Source of the DNA: Adineta vaga
Lineage: Eukaryota; Animalia; Rotifera
NCBI GenBank assembly: GCA_021613535.1
Contig: CP075495.1
Span: forward strand, 12,710,001-12,774,000
DNA: 64,000 bases
Reading direction: 5' to 3'
Of the stretch, positions 51,030 through 64,000 are shown piece after piece. Below the pieces are notes generated by a model. That model saw nothing but the letters and a program-made list of their open reading frames with translations, did no database searches and was not told the DNA's origin. Numbering within the stretch: the first letter of the stretch is position 1; every line of letters starts with the position of its first letter. The translations under genes and the position numbers were made by a program.

Positions 51030-53372
51030 ATGATGAACGAACGTAGTTCTGCACAAGCGAATACTCCAACGCCAGCTAATATGCAGTATGGTTACCCACC
51101 TGGTAAGTATATTGATCTCATTTTATACAATTCTATAATTATTCTTTAAATTTAAAAGGCCATTTTGATCTTATGAATATGCCGCCTATACAAAATCCCA
51201 ATGATTTATATTCATATTATCCTCCAAGTCTTTATCAACCATTTCCTACATATGATGAACATAATCAATGGGGACAGACAGATACATCAGGCAATGTTCC
51301 TCCACCTCCACCTGGTTCCATGCAATATCATCCTCAAATGTATACACCATCACCACTTGATAACCACGTAGTCCATTCGATTACCCTCCTCTACCTCATC
51401 CTTATCCACATTATCATCCAGGCTTTACAACATCAACATTTCCTGGTCCACCTTCAACAGGTACATCAGCATTTGATATGTCATGGACACCACATAATCT
51501 ACCCATGCAACAAATGCAAATTCCTCAGCAACAAATGACACCAATCGGTGGTGGACCTGCATTGAATAAAAAACCATCAGTTTACGATGAATATCCAGCT
51601 AGTGGTGTTGGTGATATGCTTGCTCAACATATGAATTCAGTTGATCTAGGTAGTAACAATAATAATGATGATACACATAATTATGACAATGGAACAAATG
51701 ATAATGCACAAAATGTAAATGTTTTATCATCAAAAGATCAACAACAACATTATCAATCAAATAGTAGTAATATTTCATTATCAACACGTCCATCTCAAGC
51801 ATCTTCATCCAATGGCCCAAAATCATACGCATCCGTTGTTTCAGCCGACACTATTAATTTAAACAGCAATAAATCGACTTCAAACGTTCCAAATATGTCT
51901 GTTCGTTCCACAGTACAATCATCAACGACTGAACGTAATAATTCAACATCAAACTATTCTAATGACTCTATGAATTCACGTTCGAATACTAATCTACGAG
52001 GAAATAATAATAATAATAATAATACGAACAATTACTCTCAACAAACACGTAATGGTACAAGTGAATATAATCCTCGTAATCAACAACAACAACAACAACA
52101 ATCTTCCAGTAGTGGAACATTCTTGAATTGGACAGGTAATAATTTACCATCAAATTCTCGCGGCGGTGGTGGTGGTGGTGGTGGTAGTAATAATAATAAT
52201 ACTTCATCGAACTATTATAATAGTGGATCATCAGATTATTATGATCGTTCGTCCTATTCTCAACAGCAACAACAAACATCATCTTATAATAATAACCATA
52301 ACAATAATAAACGACAAAATTCGAATTATCAAAATTATTCTTCATCACGAACAACAAATAACATGAGTAATGGTGATACAGGAGCATCTGCTATTGGACA
52401 ACAACCAATATCTGCTGCAAATCAAGAAACTCTTGATACACTAAAAAGAAATCATCAATATAATCCAAGGGAATTCAATTTAAATCCTAAAGGAGCCAGA
52501 TTTTTTGTTATTAAATCTGTAAGTAACCGAAATTAATAGCCTATTTTAATAACTACACGCTTGTTTCAGTGACAGATCATAATTGAGACAATTTTTTTTC
52601 AGTATCTTGAAATGATATTGTCTTTAGATATAGGAAAAGAGTGTAAAAACTCAATACAGAGTATTGTCATCTATATTTATTTGAAAAGAAATGACCTTCA
52701 GAATTATATTCTTGTTTATTTTCTTTTATTTAGTATTCTGAAGATGATGTACATCGTTCGATCAAATACAATATTTGGTGTTCTACTGAACATGGAAATA
52801 AACGTTTAGATGATGCATTTCGTGAACGTGAAGGAAAAGGACCGATCTATTTATTTTATTCAGTTAATGCTTCAGGACATTTTTGTGGTATGGCTGAAAT
52901 GATGTCACCTCTTGATTATGAACATAAAACCGATGTTTGGCAAATGTCAAATAAATGGCAAGGTAAATTTGAAGTCAAATGGATTTATGTTAAAGATGTG
53001 CCTAATCAACAATTTCGTAATATACGTTTGGAAAATAATGATAATAAACCAGTAACTAATTCACGTGATACACAAGAAATACCTTATGAAAAAGGTAAAT
53101 TTATGTTGAAAACTATGCATATGTATCGTCATAAAACATCCATATTTGATGATTTTCAATATTATGAATCGAAACAAGCTGAAGAAGTTGTTAAAAAACC
53201 TTCGAATAATGAATTTAATAATAATAATAATAATAATACACGTGGTAACAATAACAATAAGCGACAATTTTCATCAAATAAACTATCATCGACGTCAGTT
53301 CCATTAGAACAGCAGCAGCATCAACAACAACAACAACAAAACGAAAATTCAAACAATGAAGACAATAATTAA
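51030..53372 (+). CDS. YTHDF: YTH-domain family m6A reader with long prion-like N-terminus
   Basis: ARFFVIKS|[26 protein letters not shown]...[14 protein letters not shown]...VWQMSNKW...[10 protein letters not shown]...[16 protein letters not shown], with the aromatic-cage tryptophans present. Frame discontinuity near 51340-51371. Confidence 0.95.
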
Positions 53373-54113
53373 ACATAAATATCAATATGCACGCGGATTT
53401 TTTTTGTTTTTTTTTAGGTTACACTAATTTATATTCTCTCGCTTTCTATACGGGGAAACTCTTCTGTTCCTTTACATGTGTGTGTGAGCTTTTTAGTAGA
53501 CATCATTCATCACTCTCTGTTTTGCGTGTGTGTGTGTGTGTGTGTTTGTGTGTATATTTGGGGACGAGGTTGTTTGTTTTCTTTTTGTTTCATTCTAACA
53601 AACTGTGCTAACACCATACTACAGTAGCAATTTGTTGCTGCTGTTGTTATCATTTCATGATTTTTCTTTGTTTATTTTCTTTTTTTTTTGTTGTTGTTTG
53701 TTTTCCTAATATCGAAACAAGCTTACTTATTCTCATTCATACGTTCTCTTTATTATTATTGTCTAAAACTATTTCATAACATTATCTTTCGTTTTGCTTA
53801 ACAGTTTTTTTTTCTTCTATTGTTCTTTTGAGAACACTTCACTTATATCCTTTATCCGCGTGCATGAAGATTATCTTCAGTGTTTTTTTTATTTAACGTC
53901 GTCATTCGATTGCACACATCGTTTTCATTTCTTTCTCTCTCTCTCTCTCTCTCTCCCTTCTCGTGTATGCATGTCGTCATGTTTTGTTGTTGGCTTGTTT
54001 TCTCTTTTTTTGCAAGAAAGATCTATTATATAAACTTTAAGAAAAGACAAAATTTGAAATACATGATGAAGTAAAAGAAAAAACAAACAAATCGCATTTG
54101 ATTGTTTCAGGCT

Positions 54114-54407
54114 ATGCATTTGACCCTTGAATTTGCCGGTGGTGCTGAATTATTATTTGGAAAACAAAAATCTCATCCAATTGATCTACCCGATAATCAA
54201 ACACCATGGACTATTCGAACATTATTAGTCTGGATACGTGAAAATCTTCTTCGTGAACGTCCAGAATTATTCATACAAGGTGATTCAGTTCGACCAGGAA
54301 TTTTAGTTCTCATAAACGATACTGATTGGGAATTATTAGATGGTTTAAATTATCAATTGAAAGAAAATGATAATATTTTGTTCGTTTCAACATTACATGG
54401 AGGTTAA
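54114..54407 (+). CDS. URM1: ubiquitin-related modifier 1
   Basis: [11 protein letters not shown]...LLRERPELF...[17 protein letters not shown]...FVSTLHGG*. Confidence 0.98.
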   Translation: MHLTLEFAGGAELLFGKQKSHPIDLPDNQTPWTIRTLLVWIRENLLRERPELFIQGDSVRPGILVLINDTDWELLDGLNYQLKENDNILFVSTLHGG

Positions 54408-54524
54408 TCAAAACCAGAAAAAGAAATGTTTTCTTTTCCAAGTACATGTATATGTATATATATGTAAAAATTTTTTCATTTCACCAAGAGATACAGAAAA
54501 GAAAAGAAGAATAAGAACAAGAAT

Positions 54525-55912
54525 TTAACCAAGTAGCACCTTTTTAAATTTGCTAGACATATCTTTTGTCGGAGTACCATCTGAATTATCATCCGAGTCC
54601 GATGATGTCATTTGAAATGTAGGTGTCGATGTACATGCAGGTGAGCAAAGAAATTGAAGTAATGGTAAATAAAATTTACCACAAAAATCTACGAATTTGA
54701 TATTTTTATGACAACTTTCAAAATAAACACCTAAAGAACAAAAAAGAAATAACTTTTCGACAAACAAAAAGAATCAAATCTCTTACCTTTGCACTTTGGA
54801 TTCAAACATGATTTTGCAGCATTTAAATATTCAATAAGACTTTTCGGAATTGATTGATCATCATAAGAGACTTTATGAAGTTTTATTGTTCTACCTGCTA
54901 GTTCTTTTAATGTTGGTACATCATAGGTTAAATCACGAACGAAACGTACGACGAGTGGATTATTTCTTAAACTTAATTCTTGTAAATCAAGACGTATGAT
55001 ATCTGGAGGTAATGCACTGAATTGATTGTTATGTAAAGATAATGATTTCAAACGATTTAAACCTAACAGAAAAGACATCAACAATGCGAAATGAACTCAA
55101 AATAAGAAGATGACTTACGAGATATTGAACGCGGTAATGTTCGAAGACGATTTCCACTTAAATTTAAAACGACTAATGAACGCATATGACCAATGGAGTC
55201 AGGCACGTTACCAATTTGATTACCACCCAGATAAAGAACTTCAACTCTAGAAACGAAACGATCAGTAAATCTGTTCTACTTTGAATAAGACAATAATTGT
55301 TTACTTGATTAATGTATGGAATAAATCCGGTAAGAATGCAATTTGATTTGAACCAAGATAAATTTCTTTTAAATGAATCATTTGAAATAATTGATATGGA
55401 AATTGTTTAAGACGATTTCCACCTAAATTGATAACTTCTAATGATTTAAGTAATTCAAATTCTTTTGGTAAAGAAAAATCATCAAGAGAATTATTTTTGA
55501 GATATAAATTTTTTAAATTTTTTAGTAGAGATAATTCCATTGGTAGTTGAACTAATTGATTATTCGATAATTCCATGGTTACCAACGATTGAAATTGTTC
55601 AATTTGAGATGGAAGTGTTAATAACATATTTGAATTTAATTGAAAATTTTTTATACGATTGGGATTTTTAAATGTTGTTAATAATTCATCAGGATCAAGT
55701 GTGGAAAGATTTCGATGTGAATAATCAATTGTATCACCAAGAACTGTTTCCGAACTGAAATAAAATACAAGAAATAAATAAATAAATATGTTGTTATTGA
55801 ATATCTTTTTTTGGATATACCTGTAAGTACAATCGGCTTCTTCATCGTCGAAATCATCGTCAAGGTCATAATCGCCTTCGTAATCATCAGCTGTTGTTAT
55901 AGCTGCTGCCAT
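54525..55912 (-). CDS. LRRC58: leucine-rich repeat protein 58
   Basis: LRR array followed by LRNNPLVVRFVRDLTYDVPTLKELAGR and the Cys-rich CLNPKCKGVYFES...FVDFCGKFYLPLLQFLCSPAC. Confidence 0.92.
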
Positions 55913-57135
55913 ATTTTTACAAATAGTTGGTTAATCTGAAATATAAAATTGTTTATATTGACTCTATATAATAAATTTCATCATGTGATCGTCAAAAAAA
56001 GAGGAAAAATTGGCCCGACAAATGTAAAAACACATTATAGGGATCCAAGGTCACAGAAGCAGAACAATAATAACAACGATTCTTCCCATCCAGTAACTTT
56101 ATATATCAGATGTGTATGATGACGAGGGGATTTTTTTCATTTTATTACAAGGTTTGTAAGGACAAAAAAGAAGTAGAAATGTACCCTCAACAAATAAATG
56201 CATGATTTTATCATTCGAAACAAAGATAGTAGTCAAAAAAAATGCCGAGTCATATGTCAATGCAATTGTATAGGTCCAAACTCGATCTTTGTATTCATAT
56301 TTTTTTATTTACAATCAAAAGAGATTACCTAACCTAACAAACAGATCATATTCTCAACGGTGATCGAAAATTCATCCCATACAGTCAGTGAATGATGGTG
56401 GTGTAAAACATTGTTGACGACATACATACATATATATATATTCTCAACCAATGAATCTCATCTTCTCGAGGAAATTTGATGTGTTGTTTGCGTCTTTTTA
56501 CTACCCTCGTGATGGAGGAAAGAAAGAAGAACGAGGCAAATAATCAATTCGTAGTTTACAATTCTTACTGTTGATCATAGTTCTAGTAGAAAATGTCAGG
56601 TCAAAGTACAAAATAGTTCGAAATATCGTTGATTAAAACAATTTAATCTGAAAATAGAAACGAAAAGAAAGTGAGGGAGAGAGACAAAAAAAAATCGAAA
56701 TGAAATACAAAGAAAAGAAAAAAAGTAAAGATTTCATATCAAATAATTTATCGATTGATTGATCTTCGATGATGAAATATTTTCTCATTTTCTATTTTAT
56801 CTAGATACATTCCATATAAAGGTAATATTTGTGAAGAGCATTGAAAAAAACCAACGATGCACTTATCAATTCACCTTTAGACAACATATAGACATAGTTT
56901 TTCTTCATCGAATATGATCGCCTACATATAAACAAGTTGTAATTGCATTGAAAAGACGAAAATTACCTCAAGTACATCTTGTGTAGTTATTTGTACAAAA
57001 TATGTGGGTTATGGTTTTTTGTATGAAAATTATTTTAAATAAACAATCATATATTGAAATCAACAAATTGAAGAAGAAGCAGAAGAAAAAGATAATAATA
57101 GAAAAAAAAACATACATAATCATTTCTTTTTTTTT

Positions 57136-58579
57136 CTAAACAAAAGATTCTTTATCAAATGCACGACGATTCAATGCATCTAGTACATCTTGTACACTAG
57201 GATAATAATAAAGTCTATTATTATGTGCTGATCGATTGTTCGAATTATTCATATTTTGAGTATTGGTACTAGAGATTTGATCTGATGTAACTGATCTTGG
57301 TAGTGTATATGAATGTGTCGTTGAATCAAAATCCGATGGATTTATAGTTGAATTTCGTTTTGTTGTTACAACATATTGTTGTTGATGATATCGTTTTGGA
57401 CGTTCAATAATTGGATTTGAATGATAATTATTGATTGGTACTGGACGTTTAATCATTTGAGGATTATTTGTTTGATATGGTGTTGAAATAGCTGATGATG
57501 GCATTGTTCCAATATCAATTGAAGGAAAATCATGATCAATCGGTTCGAATTGATAATCATTATGTAAAATTGTACTTGCATTTTCATATAACATTCGATT
57601 ATTTGTATTCATTTGTTTCCAAAGTACATCTGTATCATTATCATTTTCTTCATGAAATGATGTATTCGTTGCTAGAAATGAAAGAAAACAAAACTTAACA
57701 AATTTTCTTATCAATTTAACTTAACATATGGAACGTGATGAGCTAAATTTTTTCGAATTACTGATGAATAATGCTGATTTCTTCTCGCCTGTCAGTTTTT
57801 CTCGTCGAGAAAATCTCTGGAGAAATGAAACACGCACATACTGTCAATAGCATAGGAAAAAGCCGAAGAGATAAAACTTTCATACAGTATGCTGATAGAC
57901 ATTTATTCAATATAATTATATTGAAGAATAAGATATTATTTCACTTCTGTTTCGTTGAAATTATTAAAGAATCTACTATACCAGCATCGGTTAACATTGT
58001 TTCTCTTGAATTCATCATCGATGATGATAATTGACAACGAGAACAGGAATTATGTAGTCGAGAAAAATGTGTTGAACGAAGTGCAGCTTGAGTTTGATGA
58101 TTACGAATAGCGATAGAATTTAAATTAGCAGAAAGGTTATTATTCGATGGAAGATAACCAAAATGAACGCCGTTACCAAGCTGAAAAGGAAACAAAGAAC
58201 TAATCAAACAAAAAAGAATGCAATTCTACTTAGAAATATTAGTAAGAAAAACTTTCCGGTCTATTCATTCGTGCCTCTCTTTTCTTTTATTTAATGCTGA
58301 GCAATCAACTCGCATAACTGACACTTCGTCTCTTTCTAGTTGCCGCCGCTCACTCTTTTTCACACGTATATTCATAGAAATATAAGCAGCTAGTCTTTTG
58401 TTAGATTCTAAACATTTAATTATATTCCGTATGTGTGTAAAATCGCATGTGAGAAGAGACCAAAGACATTGAAAATGCTACTATTCACTCAACAAGACAA
58501 TCAAGCGAGCATCAACTATCTTTTTTTCCCTATCAAGAACCAAAAGAGACAGCAGAAGTAGTAGTAGTTGAGGAAAAAA

Positions 58580-58610
<31 letters not shown>

Positions 58611-61600
58611 GGAAAGATGTCAATGAATTTCCGTCCTGGTTTTTCTTCATCATCTCTTTTTTTTTCTCTCGTTTCTTTTATCTCATATTTTTCCTTTTGT
58701 TCTCAATTAAATATCCAAAGCTCATATTTATAATTTGTTCTACTCTATGATCATTAACTTCTTCTTTCATTACTATTTTCATTAACAATATCACTGTGAA
58801 AGTCAAACAAACGATTGATTAATCGTACAATAAACATCGATATATATTAAATCTTAATCGAACTTTGTAATTGTCCTTCGTCAGATACTTTATTCTGTTT
58901 ACATACATATGCATACATATCTCGATCTATCGTCTCGATTGCTTCTTCTTTATTCAAATGGACATGAAAACAGGAAAATGGAAAGCAAATTGAAGGTCTC
59001 TTTTTCTTCGGTCTTCAACTTCCGCTCTTTGGCATTTGATAGATATATTGATTAATTTATGTTCTTTTTTTTCGGCAAACGGCAGAGAAAAAAGAAAAAG
59101 AAATCGAAGAAACTCACATATCGCCCATTGGAATCGTTCGCTGCACAACCAGATGTAAGAACGAAATTAGCATCAGTTATAATATGATCAGCATCATAAC
59201 TTGTATCTTCAATTTCATCATCATCATGTGTTAACGTTTCCTTTGCATGTTTAGGATGTGAATTGAGTGGAAAGGATGCTGATTTCGGTAGAATTGTCAA
59301 TGGTTGATTGATAATTTCATGCTGTCGAACTTGAATTTCAAATTGTTCTTGTTCTTGTCTATCTTCCTTTTTACGTCGGGCTAATCGACTATAACTATAA
59401 CAAGTCCATACAGCAATACAAACAAGTATGAACCAACTGACAATTAAAAGAATTAAAAAACGCCATTCAAATTTTTGCGAAAGAAGTTTTAAAAGAAGAT
59501 TCTTCTGACGAAGAAAGAAAGGAATCGAAGATGTTGGAGAAGTGAAATTTTCTTCACGTGTATCAGTAATGTCTTCAGAAATTAAACGATGTGTGACATT
59601 AAATCTTAATGTATATAATCGTTCACGTGATATAAATATACCATGATCACGTAAAACAAATGCAAGAGTATAAATACCATCAGGTACTGTTATATTCGGT
59701 CGAGTTATTAATATTGTTGAATTTGTTAGATTATTGATCATTAAATGAAAATAATATAATGATGTACAATTTAAACAATCGATCGAAATCATTCCATTAG
59801 GTCCATGATCAAGATCAATGGGTTGAAATTCATAAATAATCGTTTCTTCATTATTAATTTGTTCAATAGATAAATCAAATGGATTTGCTAGAAAGGGTTC
59901 AAATGGTAAATTATCATTTTCATCAAGAATTTGAATGATAATATATGTCGGAATAGAATAAGATTTCAATAGACGATCATAGATAAATATTGATAATGTA
60001 TAATTCGATTGTAATTCTCGATCAAGGATAATTAATGTATGAATAAAACCTTGAGAATCAATAGAAAATACATTGGATAAAGATTCATTTCGATTTGAAT
60101 CAACAAATAAAAAATCAATCGTTGAATAATTTATTGTTCTAAATAATAAAGATTCAATTTTTTTTCACTTTTAGTTATGAAAACAAAAGTCTATAATTTA
60201 TTCACATTAGTTCATCATCAAGAGGATTACTTCAGACTTTTTGCATGAATAATCATTTTGAAACCTTTTCAAATCAATCAGATGATTAAAATGAAATCTT
60301 TCAACAGTCATTTTTTCTTCCTTCCGGAATTTTACAGGGTAAAATTCAGATTAGTATTTTTTAATCTTTTCCTCACTGTTCATAACCAGACACTCAACGG
60401 GAAATATTTCATTTTTCTATTTCCAAACAGTTGGTTATGACAGAATTCAAAATTCTATTCTTTTACCTTGATGTTCTACTTGATAATGTTAAATTAAATA
60501 ATTCTAAATCAGCATCTTCAATTGTTGACAGATTAATAATCTTTTCAATTGGTTCTTGTTCATCTCGATCTGCAAAAGTTAATCTTCCAACAATAGTTCC
60601 AACTGGTAAATTTTCTTTTATTTCAAAATGATAAAGATCATGAGTAAAATATGGAACATGATCGTTCAAATTAATTATTTGTACATCAACAATGGCAATT
60701 GAGGAATATTTTCGAATTGGATAGCCAAGATCATATGCACGTATACCAAGACGATATAATTCACATTGTTCTCGATCAAGTATATGTTTCGTACGTAAGA
60801 TACCTGAACGACTATCTAACGAAAATTCTTGCCGTTCTTTAATCATTAATTCATAACGAACAGTTCCATTTTTTCCTTTATCAATATCATAGGCATGTAA
60901 TTGAGTAAGAACAGTGTTTTTCGGTTGATTTTCATCAATTTTTACATGAAAATAACTTTGACTGAAGACCGGAACATTATCATTAATATCTAGAAGTGTT
61001 ACATAGATAAATAATTCAGATTGTAATGAAACGATTGTTGGTTTCATTGCATTTATATTCAAATCTAAACGACGTTTGAGAAAATCTTCTATATTTAATG
61101 ATGTACTTTGACGTGATATCAAACGTTTTTGATCAGTTCGAATTGGACGATCGCCATTATCATTTGCAATAAAATGTAAAATATAATTTTCATGTTCATC
61201 ACGATCAAGTGTTCGAACAGTAAAGAGACCATATACATTTGGTCGAAATACAGATAAACGAAAGAAATCTGATATACGACATAGAGTAAAATTATCTAAA
61301 GCAAAATAAGAAGAAGCTTTTATTAGAAAATGGAAATCTATTCACTTTCTTTGTTACCTTTATGAAATCTTTCGCCTGAACATCGAACATAAGTTTGTAA
61401 GTCAAGTGTGAGAATACCATTTGATATTTGATCGTTATCACGAAGATGAAGTAAACCAAGAAGTGTATCAGCAGGTAATGGTTCTTCTTTAATGAAATGA
61501 ATTAATTCAGCATCATTTTCAAGAAGATTGATTTTTGAACGAAATGATTTCAAAAGACGACTTTGTTCTAAAAGAAATTTCAAAACAATATAAAGAATAG

Positions 61601-62572
61601 TTTAGTTTTAATGATTCGAAATCAACTCGATAGAAATAATTTGTTGATGACAAATTGAACTCACCATGATCTAGAGATGGTTTTGACATATTCATAAATT
61701 TTATGCTATCATCTTGTTTATCTTCATTAGGCATTGTAAAAACAATTTGTGGTTTATGATCATTAATATCTTCAATACTTATAATAATATCTGCATAGGA
61801 TGGGACTGATGGCCATTGAGTAGCTTCAATATCACCATGATCTTTTGCTTCAACCATTAATGTATATTCTTTTTTTAATTCATAATCCAAAGAATAATCC
61901 ATTAAAAATAATTCGCCAGTATCTTTATCAATTCTAAACATTGTTCGATTACCTTTTTGAATAAGATCATGGCCAAAAAGATTATAAGATATCTTTCCAT
62001 TAAGAAATATATCTGGATCATGGGCTTGTACTCGACCGATTAATGTTCCTGGTGGTGTATCTTCGGGTATTATAAAATGAAAATGTTCATTTTCAAATTG
62101 TGGCACATGATCATTAACATCAAGAATAACAATCGACAATTGAATAGTTATTATGTCATTTTCATCCATATCATTTTCTGTAACTAATTGTCTTCGTATT
62201 GTGAACATTGGTGTTTGTTCACGATCAAGTAAACGAATAACATGTAAATTTAATGTACAACTATCATTTGTTATTAATAAAACTTCAAATGGTACATCAT
62301 GACGATAAAAATTCGATTTCATAGAATACATGGAACAAAATGATGAATCAAATGTATCAATAATTTGTGTATGACCTATTGGTACATCCTCAGAAACAAA
62401 TAGCCTATTTAAAAAAATGTATATATAAAACTAAACAAAACTCGAAATGATTTCAAAATACTTACATATATGTTCGATTACGATCTGATTTAACTGCTGA
62501 AGAATCTTCATCATTTGTTTGTGTTAGTAAGATAACGGAGGAAAAAGTCAAAATACTAATTAATCTGAACAT
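57136..62572 (-). CDS. protocadherin (about 6 EC repeats, single TM, cytoplasmic tail)
   Basis: Signal peptide MFRLISILTFSSVILL; repeated DxNDxxP, LDRE/LDYE and xDxG motifs; TM FLILLIVSWFILVCIAVW; tail ends DKESFV* (PDZ-type). Confidence 0.9.
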
Positions 62573-64000
62573 TCTAGATCTATAGTAATGTTCAACTATG
62601 ATCGCATATGTTGGTATTTAGATGTATCAACGAATATATATATATATATATATTTGTATGAATAGGGGTGTCACATAACACTTAACATACGATTAAAGAA
62701 TAGTTCAACGAGTTCCAAATGACGACAATTGTTGTTTGATGACATTGATGTTTTATTCTTCGAACTACTGAACAATTTCTTTTTTTTTGTTACGTATAAA
62801 TGCCGATATATCGGTATACCAATTATCTAGTTTATTCTTTCATTCATTCGGATTTTTTTCTTCTTCTTCTTCTTCTATTGAATATACATATTTAAAAAAA
62901 AAGAAATGAAGAATATTGTGACCTGAAGGCTTTCGATTCCTTTATCAAACCAATTCACTCACTTGTACTATATTAAAATAAGAATAAGATAGGATGGTTG
63001 AGTGCATACGATTATTGAATTTGAAGTCGACAATCTCTTTTTCTCTCAAGATGATGAACTGAATAAATAGTCAAAAATGAAGACGTAAATCACATATGCA
63101 AGACATACATCCAATACGGATATACCGCCTATTGTAAGGCATTTACTTTCTTTTGCCTTCAGGTAATGAGCACTTGCGTGCTCATTGTACATATAGATAC
63201 ATGACAACGACTAATTCACTATGTATATAGACTTACTTGTTGTCTATCGGTCTGATTGTCTGTACAGGAAAAAAAGAGAGAAAAGAAGATGCTGTTTGTA
63301 TTAACAATAGATCATTAAATTAAAAGTTCGCTATTCTTCTACTATGTCTTCTGATCTTTGTAACAATGTCTTGGAATTTGAATTTAATTTTTTTTTCACA
63401 TCAATTATTTTGCCTAAAGGTAATCGTACCTTCTATTGTATAACTAGTAAAATACTTATATAATTTTAATAGGTTGAAAAGAGTAAAGAACTTGATTTTA
63501 TCCCTTGATGTATTATGAAATATTCATGTTCAATAAGAACGAAAGGTTATATATGAATAAAAGTAATATCTCATGTCAATCAAGAAAAAAAACGAATAAA
63601 ATCGAAATGACTTTTTCATTGATGATCAGATCGAATTAAACTATAATACTCATTTATTCATCCTTTCTCAATACTTTCAAATGGTTTATTTTGTTAAGGA
63701 ATATAAAACGAATAACTTGAATCATCAATCAGTTATGAAGACGTATATATATAGTGGAAAGATTTAACAAATGAATGAGTATTTCGCTTTTGAATACAAG
63801 AAAAAAAAGAACTAGAGTAACGATGAGAAAAGATGTATTTTTGTTTTCATCAAAAATCAATTGGAACATATAACATAATTAGATATATTGAGAGCAAAAC
63901 AAGATTTCTATTATTGTTCTTTTTCAAGAAATTGATAATTACTAAAAGACAGAAAAGAAAAGACGTTGTTCGGAAGAAATCTTTTTTGTAAACTGTACAA

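Noticed and set aside
51599-52387. Antisense and alternative-frame ORFs over YTHDF
   Set aside because: They are shadows of AAT/CAA/GGT trinucleotide-rich coding sequence.
54114-55912. URM1 and LRRC58 as a sulfur/cysteine functional cluster
   Set aside because: The genes are convergent with no shared promoter; adjacency in a compact genome is explanation enough without synteny data.
58954-59148. Alternative terminal exon of the protocadherin
   Set aside because: No convincing acceptor in the right phase; cannot be supported without transcripts.

Overview
Eukaryotic (animal) genomic DNA, very AT-rich and gene-dense, with many GT-AG introns of about 50-60 nt. It is most likely a bdelloid rotifer, judging from the Hox6/lox5 gene with the gnathiferan KSLND parapeptide, the intron size and composition, and an intron-containing bacterial-type permease. 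About 25 protein-coding genes can be assembled by hand. Recognisable ones: an APC amino-acid permease (HGT candidate), an OTUD7-like deubiquitinase, XPO5, CDC23, two divergent dynein-light-chain-like paralogs, MRPS24, UQCRFS1, a solitary Hox6/lox5, threonine dehydratase, BCAP31, SLC25A20, TUBD1, NOP16, GM2A-like, SCYL2, YTHDF, URM1, LRRC58 and a protocadherin. Orphans include a prohormone-like secreted peptide, a small hydrophilic protein and a repeat-rich disordered protein. The most interesting pattern is a set of tightly packed same-strand housekeeping gene pairs: NOP16>TUBD1, XPO5>CDC23, BCAP31>SLC25A20, YTHDF>URM1 and MRPS24>UQCRFS1. The downstream gene typically starts at or near an apparently unpaired splice acceptor, in the clearest cases shortly after a poly(A) signal. 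A shared YAGATGKCDCT (CTCF-like) motif sits upstream of four of the five lead genes. Together these suggest operon-like transcription resolved by SL trans-splicing (inference). Other points: a homeobox broken by three introns with a 17-nt recognition-helix microexon, a 9-nt microexon in the permease, and a frame break in YTHDF. No rRNA, tRNA, CRISPR or intact transposase was recognised. All exon boundaries were read by eye; no database searches were run.
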